From: a virus
Lineage: Duplodnaviria; Caudoviricetes
DNA: 35,731 bases
Reading direction: 5' to 3' (one strand)
IMG/VR virus record: IMGVR_UViG_3300029318_000037
Coordinates: 1 to 35,731 of that record
Shown here: one piece after another, positions 8,942 to 19,000 of the stretch
How the letters are laid out: the number at the start of each line of letters is the position of its first letter
Position numbering within the stretch: the first letter of the stretch is position 1
Notes under the pieces: model-generated
What the model was told of the DNA's origin: nothing
Database searches by the model: none
The model's input: the letters and a program-made list of their open reading frames with translations, nothing else
Program-made: the position numbers and the translations under genes

Positions 8942-9069
8942 TAGAATACATAAAGCATGCAACAGGTTTATGTGGTGAGCCACATGTAAGTTTATTATTA
9001 ATTTTATTTGTTTATATAATAATTAATTTTAGGTATAATAAAATAAAAAAATATGACAAAGAATTTTAG
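8938..9069 (+). CDS. Small membrane peptide (43 aa; not in ORF track)
   Basis: MIEYIKHATGLCGEPHVSLLLILFVYIIINFRYNKIKKYDKEF; ATGA overlap with the barrel gene and overlap with the endolysin start. Confidence 0.55.
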   Translation: MIEYIKHATGLCGEPHVSLLLILFVYIIINFRYNKIKKYDKEF

Positions 9070-9436
9070 CAAATCAGAATTTGAATCAAAGTGTGGTTGC
9101 GAAATGCCAGATGAGGTTTATGTAAATGTTGTAAAAGTAGCAAATCAACTACAATATTTAAGAGGTGAAATAGGAAAGCCAATAAGAGTAAATAGCGCAT
9201 ATAGAAGCCCAGAACACAATGCAAAAGTAGGCGGTGTATCTAAGTCACAACATTTATTAGGTAAAGCTGCGGATATAGCTGTAAAAGGAATGGCGACTGA
9301 TGTACTATATCAATATATAGAAGATGCAATTAGTAATGGTGAAATGTTACAAGGTGGATTAGGTTTATACGATACGTTTGTACATTATGATATAAGAGGC
9401 ACAAAAGCAAGATGGGACTACAGAAAAAATAAATAA
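9053..9436 (+). CDS. Endolysin, peptidase M15A family
   Basis: Motifs NSAYRSPEHNAKVGG..KSQHLLGKAADI and FVHYDIRG (Zn ligands H, D, H). Confidence 0.92.
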   Translation: MTKNFSKSEFESKCGCEMPDEVYVNVVKVANQLQYLRGEIGKPIRVNSAYRSPEHNAKVGGVSKSQHLLGKAADIAVKGMATDVLYQYIEDAISNGEMLQGGLGLYDTFVHYDIRGTKARWDYRKNK

Positions 9437-9438
9437 TT

Positions 9439-9897
9439 ATGAGTAAAAAAAGTTTTAAAGATAGTACTGTTGGTAAAATTATTTTAGGCGCTGCAACAAT
9501 GATAAATCCAACATTAGGTAACGTGTTACAAGGTGTTACAAGTCCAAAAGAGGCGCTAGCTGAAATTAGTAAATCTGGCATTTCTGTTGACGATAAAATT
9601 AAATTACAGCAAATGATATACGATCAACAAAACAAAGAAATGGAAGCTGTTACAGCGCGTTGGCAAGCAGACACTGGGGTAAATTCTGGTTGGCTTAGTA
9701 AAAACGTAAGACCACTAATTTTAATTTGGTGCATTGTAATATTTAGTTTTGCTGGTATTTTAGATAGTATTGAAGGCATTCCATTTCAAATTAATTCTTT
9801 ATGGAATGATACATTTGAAAAAGTTATGATGGCTACAGTTTTAGCATATTTTGGTGGACGTACAAGTGAAAAAGCAATTAACAGTTTTAAAAAATAA
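9439..9897 (+). CDS. Holin (3TM/GTA-holin-like)
   Basis: Motifs RWQAD..SGWLSKNVRPL and AYFGGRT.EK with TM segments; adjacent to endolysin. Confidence 0.8.
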   Translation: MSKKSFKDSTVGKIILGAATMINPTLGNVLQGVTSPKEALAEISKSGISVDDKIKLQQMIYDQQNKEMEAVTARWQADTGVNSGWLSKNVRPLILIWCIVIFSFAGILDSIEGIPFQINSLWNDTFEKVMMATVLAYFGGRTSEKAINSFKK

Positions 9898-10028
9898 TGG
9901 CAAAAAGAAGCAAGCAAATTAACCCAATACAATACAGAAAAACGCCAAAAAAAAGACCAGGCATACATTCTAAAAACAAATCACAATCACAACGAAAAAA
10001 GAAGTATCGCGGACAAGGTAAACATTGA
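9897..10028 (+). CDS. Small highly basic peptide (43 aa; not in ORF track)
   Basis: MAKRSKQINPIQYRKTPKKRPGIHSKNKSQSQRKKKYRGQGKH; TAATG coupling to holin; stops just before the fibre promoter. Confidence 0.7.
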   Translation: MAKRSKQINPIQYRKTPKKRPGIHSKNKSQSQRKKKYRGQGKH

Positions 10029-10041
10029 CTTTTAAATTTTG

Positions 10042-10049
10042 TAAATTTG
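10042..10049 (+). promoter_or_regulatory. Bacteroidota -7 promoter TAAATTTG for the tail fibre
   Basis: Exact TAnnTTTG, 13 nt before the ATG at 10063. Confidence 0.7.
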
Positions 10050-10062
10050 TAAAAAATCACCA

Positions 10063-13000
10063 ATGGCTACACTTACAGGAACTAAAATTAAAGATACTTA
10101 TGATGGTCTGTTAAAAGTATCAGACAATGTAGGTCTAAATTCTACAAAAAAAATAATTACTGACGGATTAGGTAATAATTCGAGTGTTAAAATATCTACA
10201 AGTGATTTTGAGGTTGGTGGTTTTTTCTACGTAGATATTGACGGTAATTTACCTGATTCTAAAATTGGTATTGGTACTAGTTCACCAAGTGAAACTTTAC
10301 ACGTAGTTGGTGACTTCCGTTTAACAGCAAGATTTTATGACGGTAGCAATTCAGCTGGTTTATCAGGACGTGTTCTTATGTCAACTGGAACAGCAACTAG
10401 TTGGTCAAACACCTTTACAACATCAATGACTTTTGATGCTGGCGTTATTATAAACGCTGGTATAAAAGATTATGCTGGATCAACTGGTACTGCTGGTCAG
10501 GTATTAAGTTCAACTGGTTCATCAGATGTTGAATGGGTTTCGCTTTCAGAAATACAGGGCGTTGACGGTTCTGGTACGGCTAATTATATTCCGATATGGA
10601 CAGATTCTGATACGTTAGGTAATTCAGTTATATATCAATCTAGTTCTAATATTGGTATTGGTACGCTTTCACCTGGCTCTTATAAACTTCATGTATTTGG
10701 TGATTTTAAATTAAATTCTAATGGCAGTGGTTATATACAATCTGATTACGGTGATCACAGAATTTCAATATATGATTCAAGTAATAATGAAGTTATTCAA
10801 TTTAAAGATTTGGACGGTAGTTCAGCTAATCAATTAGTAGTTGCGTCAACTGGTGTTGGTATAAACGTAGCTAATCCAAGTGAAAAATTACATGTATCAG
10901 GTAGTGCTAATGGAAATGTAAAAGTATTAATACAAAATAATAATACAGGAACTCACGCCTATGCTACCTTAGGATTTCAAAGTAATCAAAATCATTCAGT
11001 TCAACCAGCATTATTTTTAAACGGTTCTAATAATACTAATTATGCGGGTGCAAACTCATTGAATATGTATCAGCATGGTAATTTTCCTTTAGGATTTGTT
11101 ACGAGTAATTTAATAAGAATGACAGTTGCTGGTGATGGTGCCGTTGGAATAGGAAATACTTCGCCTAGTTATAAATTATCTGTGTCAGACGATACAGATG
11201 GTTCAGTAAACATTTTTCAGTTAAGAAATGGTGATGCTACTTATTCACAATCATTTAGTTATGTTCTTGATACTTCTAAAAACCTAGTAATTACAGGTGC
11301 TTCTGGTGCTGGTGGAATAAGATATAATGTAGGAACTAATGGCTTTACAATAGCTGGTGGTTCTGTCGGAATCGGAACTACTTCGCCTAGTTCAGGTTTG
11401 CATTTATCAGGTGGCGACAATACAAAATCAAAATTTACCTTAACAAATACAGCACCACTTATAGACAACAGCTGGTCAATAAATCCAACCAATGGCACAA
11501 ATTTAAGTTTAAATCAAGGTATAAGTAACAGAGTTACATTTATTGGTGGTGGTCAGCTTCAACTTAACGCATACGGATCAGGTACTTTTACTGGTACTAC
11601 AACACAAAGATTAGGAGTTGATTCGTCTGGTAATGTAATTGAAATACCTATAGGAAGTGGCCCAGTTGACGGTAGTGGTTCTGCAAATAAAGTAGCAATT
11701 TGGTCTGATGCAGATACATTAACAAGTGATTCTAATTTGCACTGGGATAGCACTAATGATAGATTAGGCGTTGGTTTAAGCAATCCTAGTTACACAATAC
11801 ATATACCTGACGGAAGCAGTAACGCAAATCCTGATCATGCAATAGCCATAGGTAATGATGCTGATATAAAACTTTACCGCCACAGTAATACTGGCGTTAA
11901 CGTAATTGAGGGTGATGGTCATTTAAATATAAGAACTAATACAATAACATTTCAAAATCAAGCTGGAACAGAAACTTTATTTAAAGGCGTTGCTGATGGT
12001 GCGTTTGAGGCATATTATAATAACTCTAAAGAATTAGAAACTATAAGTCAAGGTGTTAACATTAGGGTAAAATCTATTATTCCTAGTGCTGGTAACACAA
12101 ACGGTGGTTATTGGTTATACGGTACTCATGCACATGGTTTTGTGTCTAATAGTAATGGTGATTTAAGAATTTTAGGGTTAACACCAGGTGGTCAAAAAGA
12201 AGTTTTAAGAAGCTACATAACAACCGCTAGCAGATTAGTTATTGACGGTAATAATTATTATAACGTTGGTATTGGAACAGGTACACCAAGTGAAAAGTTG
12301 CACGTAAGTGGTAACATAAAAGGAACTGGTAATGCTTTTTTTGGTTCAGGTGGTACTGGGACAACAGATGCTATTGTTAGTATTGACGGTGGTAGTGGAA
12401 CAGGTGGCGAAGCATATTTAAGATTGATGAGAGGTGGTTCTTCAGGATTTATTTTAAATCACACTGCAAATGAAATACAAGTTAGAGCTACTGCTAATAT
12501 ACCTATGTTCTTTTATACAAACGACACTATTGGTATAAAACTTAACGCTAACAGTTCTGTAACTTTTTCAGAATATGGGTCTGGTACATTTACAGGCACT
12601 GCAACACAACGATTAGCTGTTGATTCTAGTGGTAATATTATAGAAGTACCTATTGGTAGTGGTGCTGTTGATGGAAGTGGTACTACTGGCTTTATAACTA
12701 AATGGACTGATGGTGATACTATTGGTGATAGTATATTAGAAGTAAACAGCGCTTTGCCAAGTGATGTTTTAATGCCACAATACATAAGACATGCTGGTGA
12801 TACTAATACTTATTTTGGCTTTTATGACAATGATACTTTTTTATTAGCAACAAATAATAATGAAAGAATGCGTGTTACTGACGCTGGTAATGTAGGCATT
12901 GGAACTACTTCGCCTAGTGAAAAATTAGAAGTTGTAGGTAATATTATGGCAAACGTATCTAATACTGGTGGTTTTATGCTTACAGCTAATTCTGCTAGTG

Positions 13001-16000
13001 GTTTAGTAAGAAATAACGCTACTGGACTTGCTTTAAGAACAAACACTACTGATCGATTGATTATAGACAATTCTGGTGATGCAAGTTTTACTGGTGCTGT
13101 AACAGTTGAAGGTGGTATATTACATTTAGGCAAAGCAGATACATCATCTGGTCATATTAACGCTAAAGAGTTAATGACGTTTAACATTGACACAGACAAT
13201 GATGACACTAACAGATATTTTGGTTGGTATACTAATGGTGAATCAGCTAGTGGTAGTGAGTTAATGAGATTAACAGAAGCTGGGTATTTAGGCATAGGTA
13301 CTACAACGCCTAATAGATTACTTACTGTGGGTGGCACTTCACAATTTAATGATACAGCATATTTTGCAAATAGAGGTTTAATATCTTGGGGTTCTATGGG
13401 TGGAGGCACTGGTTTTGGTATTAGGGCTGAAAGTGGTAATGCATTAAGTTTAGGGGCTAATGGTACTTGGGACTATTTAATAATTGATACAAGTGGCAAT
13501 GTCGGAATAGGGTCAAGTTCGCCTGGTGAAAGATTACAGTTACAAGTTAATGATGACACTTTTAATGACATTAACATTTTAAATATAAAAAGGGTTTGGT
13601 CAACCGCATCAACTTCAGACAGATCGCATGGAATAAAATTTAGTGATTACAATTCTACAAACGCACTTATATATGTTGATAGAACTAATTCTGCCACTAA
13701 TTACAATAGTGATTTGTTATTTTTAACAAATTCAGGTTCAAGTGGTACAAATTTATCAACTAAAATGATTATTACTAGTGGTGGTAGCATAGGTGTCGGT
13801 ACTTCTAGCCCCAATGTTAAATTTGAAATTTCAGACGCTACTAGTCCAATTTTAAGGTTGCATAATACAACATCAAATGGCGCAAATTCTGGTACTATTC
13901 AATTATACGAATCAAATACTAATTACGGTGCTTACCTTACATATAATGGTGACGCTAATGTTTTTCAAATTGGTACTAGAGTAAACGGCACTAATCATTC
14001 ACGTGTGCAAATAGCTAGAGATACTGGTACTGTTAGGTTTAATGCATACGGTTCTGGCGCTTTTACAGGAACAGCTACACAACGTTTAGCTGTTGACAGT
14101 TCTGGTAATATAATCGAAGTAGCTATTGGTTCTGGCGCAGTTGATGGAAGCGGTGCTGCAAACAAGTTAGCAATATGGTCTGACGCTGACACACTTACAA
14201 GCGACACTAACTTGCACTGGGACACAACTAATGACAGATTAGGTATTGGGACTGCTACGCCTAGTGTTTTATTAGACATATTAGGAAGTGGGGAAGAATG
14301 GCTTAGAATAGTTGGGGGAAGTTCAAATATTAATGGGATACGACTTGGAAGTTCAAGTGGTTCAAGACAAAATGTTTTTTACAGAAATAGGAGTAATGAC
14401 TTACTTACTATCAGGGCTGGTATAGATGATTCTGACATACAAATTATTGCTGGTGGAAGCGCAAATGAAATTATGCGATTTGATGGTACTAACTCAAGAG
14501 TAGGTATTGGAACTACTTCGCCAAGTGATAAATTAGAAATTGCTGGTCTTACTAACTACACAGGCCTAACATTAAAAGGAACAGGCGCGTCAAGACCAGC
14601 GCTTACATTTAAAAACGTAAATCAAAGTTATTTAGGTGCTATTTATGGAACAGAAAGTAATAGTTTAATTTTTGAATCAGGTGGGGACGGCACAACTGGT
14701 GTTGTAGCTATGACAATTAAATCTGACGGCAAAGTTGGAATCGGTACTACTTCGCCTTCTAGTACATTAACTGTTGATGGTACAGTTGAAGTACAAAACA
14801 ATGCACTTTCTTTAAGAGATACTAGTAGCAATCTACAAATAAAAATACAACCTAGTGTTGGTGGTAATGGCAGAATAATGGCTCACAATACTAACATGGG
14901 TACAAACCAAAATTTAGATATAAAAGCTACACAAATAGATTTATATTCTGGTTCAATTTCAGGTAGCGCAAATGTATCTACTCTTTTATTAGATTCATCT
15001 AACAACGCAACTTTTGCTGGTAGTATTGTTATGGGTGGCGCAACATTAGCTAATAGCTATATGATAGAAATGATCCCAACTGGTGGTAATATATTAAGAA
15101 GCACAAGGGGTACTTCAGTTTTTGGTTCTTATCAAGTTACTAATGGCGCTATATATTTAGGTGCTACTTCAAATGATGCTTTAAATATAATTACAAATGA
15201 TACTCCACGTATTCATATCACTAATGGTGGTAATATCGGTATAGGCACTACTTCACCTGTAAACAAACTAGATGTTAATGGTATTATTGCTGTAAATCAG
15301 ACAGCTGGTGGTAATGCTGGTATAAAAATTATTACAAAGAATGATGCTGAAGCATTTTTAATCATGGGTGACCCTGATGACAATTCTATGGGTGGTATTG
15401 CATATAACAACAATACAAATAGTTTATCAATTGATTGTAATAATGCTGAAAGAATTAGTATAAATTCTAGTGGTAACGTAGGTATTGGAACTACTTCACC
15501 ATCACATCTTTTAAGTATTGGCACAGAAGGTAATGCAAGTGGCAAAAAATTAACATTTTATTTAGATGGTTCTGACGGTGATTATGCTGGTATTGGCGCA
15601 CAAAGAGGTGAAACCAATGTTTATTGTTCGTCAGAAATTCGTTTTATAAATGAAAGTAATTCTAGTGGTTCTGGTGCAATGTCATTTAACACTGGATTAA
15701 ACACATTAAATGAAAGAATGCGTATTACTAGTGCTGGCAATATTGGAATTGGAACTACTTCACCTTTAGGTAAGTTAGATATTGTTGGAAACACAGATGA
15801 TAATACTAATTTTTTAACAATTCAAGATAACGATACTTCAGCAAATTCACACAGACCAAGTATAAGGTTTAGATCAAACACAGCTCAAATTGGACAAATT
15901 GTAGGTTTAAATGCTGGAATGAGATTTTCTGTAGGTGCTGGAGAAACTTCATTTTTAGAGATTAGAAATACTGGAAATATAGGTATCGGTACTACCGCAC

Positions 16001-19000
16001 CAGTAGGTAAACTACAAGTTGTTGATGGTGATATTAGGGTAACAACATCAAGTTCATTTTCAAATTTAATAAGTAGTAGGGCAGCAAACCCAAATGCTAA
16101 CGGTTATAATTTAGGTGGGTTGTTATTTCAAGCGTATTCTACTATGACTAATTACACAACTGGTGCTGCTATATACGCGTATGCCGATGGGGCTGCATGG
16201 ACATCTAGTAGCGTACCATCATATTTATCATTTCACACTGCATCAAGTGGTTCTGCAACTACAACAGAAAAAATGGTAATAAAAAATGATGGCAAAGTTG
16301 GAATAGGAACTACTTCGCCAGAATCTACGCTTGATATTAGAGGTTCAGGTGGTTATTTACAATTAACTAGTACAGCTGCAGTTGGTTCAATAAAATCTGA
16401 TTATAATTTACAATTATTTGCAGACCCTGAAGACGACAATAGTAGTGGTTACCAAAATATTCAGTTTTTTACAGCTGGTTCAAATGAAAGAATGAGGGTT
16501 GGCTATAACGGTAATATTGGAATAGGGACTACTGCGCCAATAACTAAAACTCACATTAAAGGTAATGGGCTTACTGTTGAAGAATCTTCTGCGGGCAGAA
16601 AGATACAAATTATTGCGCCAGTTTCAGGAGTAGATTCAAAGATACGAACTAATGCAACTAGTGCTGGATTTATATTTCAAAACAACCCAAGTGGTGATGG
16701 TTCTACATTTGTAGATTTAATGGCAATAGGCAGTTCAGGCGTTACAACTTTCACTGGTAAAATAGATATAAATTTAAGTTCTGAGGGAACTTATTTTGTT
16801 GGTGGTTCTGGCGGTTTAAGAAGATTATCAATTACTAGTGGCACAAACACTTCTGCTGGCGCTTTACATACTTTTAATATCGCATCAAGTAATGGTAAAT
16901 ATAAATTTGATATTAATGGAACTGAAAAATTTTCATTAGATAGTACAACTGCTACTTTTGCTGGTAACGTAACAACAACTGGTGTTGCTTATACTGATTA
17001 TGTACAAACAAGAAGTGGTACTTCTATTGATTTTAGGCATCAAGATGCATCAGTTATTATGAGAATTGATACTGATGATGCAAGAGTTGGTATTGGAACA
17101 ACTTCGCCTACTTCTAAATTAGATGTTAAATCTAGTGGGTCAAATATTGACGAAATATCTTTAACACATTCAGGTAACACAGTAAAAATAGCTTCTCTTG
17201 GTCAAGAATCAGGACACGGAAGTTTAGTGTTACGAAATAACAGTGGCACAATACAAACTAGGTTAAGTGCTGGTGGCAATAATTCTTATATTTTAAATTC
17301 TAATTTGGGAATAGGAACTAGTTCACCAACTGGTAAACTTAATATAGTTCAATCATCAACAACAGACCCAGCATTAAGATTAACTGATGACGGAGTAGCA
17401 AGTTATGATTTTACGTTTCCAGACACATCAACTATTCAATTAGGGACAAACACAACAAGCGATAAAACTTTTAAATTAGTAAATGCTGGTAGTGGTAATT
17501 TAAATATTTCAGTTGATAACGCAACTTTAAAATCTACTGCGCCTGAACTTTTATTTTCTGAAACTGGTAGTGGCACTTCTAATAGAATATATGCTGATGG
17601 TGGCAATTTACATATTGATATAGACAATACAGCTAACGATAGTGGCAATTTAAAATTATTACATCAAGGGACACAATTTGCAGTGTTTAAAGGCAGTACA
17701 GGTGCTTTAGGTATTGGAACTACTAGTCCAGCCACTAAATTAGACGTAGTAGGTAGTGCAACTTTTACAGGCACAGTAACTGCTGGCTCTTATTTTCTTG
17801 GGGATGATGCTTCAATCTCATTAGCAACCACGGGTTCAGGAACTGTATTTTTAAGACCTAATGGACAAACTACATCAGGTCAAATGAAAGTTGAATCAGA
17901 TGGAAACGCAACTATTGCTGGGGACGTGATTATGTCAAAATCTGCTGGACCGACATTAAACATGAATACTAATACAGCGGGTAATACTTCAAAAATTTTA
18001 TTACACGAAGGTACTACTGCAAGCCCCGCAAATGGTGCATCTATAAGATATGACGGCTCTGCTAATACATTTAAAATTGGTGTTGGTGCAAATGTAAATA
18101 CAACAAGATTAACAATAGACAGAGCAACTGGACTTGCGACTTTTGCAAATAATGTAACTTTATATTCAAGGTTAACTTTTGATTATGGTGGTGATCATTA
18201 CCTTGAAGCTGGTACAAATAGTTTAGCTTATAAAAATTCTAGTGGTGCTGTTGTAATGACGCTTAATGCTAGCACAAAAGATGTAAGTTTTGCATCAAAC
18301 ATACAAGTTTATGGTTGGATAAAAGGTGCAAGTGATACAAATACACTTTATTCTGCTACAAGTTTAGGAACTTATTTGCAATCTCCAACAAATAGTGGAA
18401 CAGGTGGTAATATATATTTTAGAAATTTTAGTGGTACAGTTTTTCAAACATTTAGTCAAGTAGATGGTAGTGCAACTTTTACTGGTGACATAACTATTGA
18501 CGACAGTAATGCCACGTTAAATTTATTATCAGGCATAAATGGTAATAGTACAATTAATTTTGGTGATCCAGCAGACAACAATCCAGGCCAAATAATATAT
18601 AGACATAATGGTAACAGCATGTCATTTGATACAGCTGATAATGAGCGTATGCGTATTGATATGAATGGTAATATTGGCGTAAATACAACATCGCCAGGTG
18701 TAAAATTTGACGTAATACATTCTGACACTGGCGCTGGTTATAGTGATGGGGTCGCAAGATTTCACAATAATACATCTAGCGTAATGGGTGGCGCTGCTGT
18801 TTTAAATGTTCGTAATTCTTATAATGCTGGGTTTGGAGGGTTAATAAAATTTTGGTCAACAAGCATTATGTCTAGTGTTGGTAATATTTCATTTAACAGT
18901 GATAGAACAGCTGTAAATTATAACACTACATCAGATTATAGATTAAAAGAAGATTATAAAGATTTTAACGGATTAGACATAACATCTAAAATTAAAGTTT

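Noticed and set aside
11566-14250. Fibre repeats as a diversity-generating retroelement template/variable pair
   Set aside because: No reverse transcriptase, and differences are synonymous and not adenine-specific.
11259-18775. Numerous minus-strand ORFs within the fibre gene, and others opposite capsid, tape measure and terminase
   Set aside because: Antisense shadows of long + strand genes with no recognisable motifs or start context.
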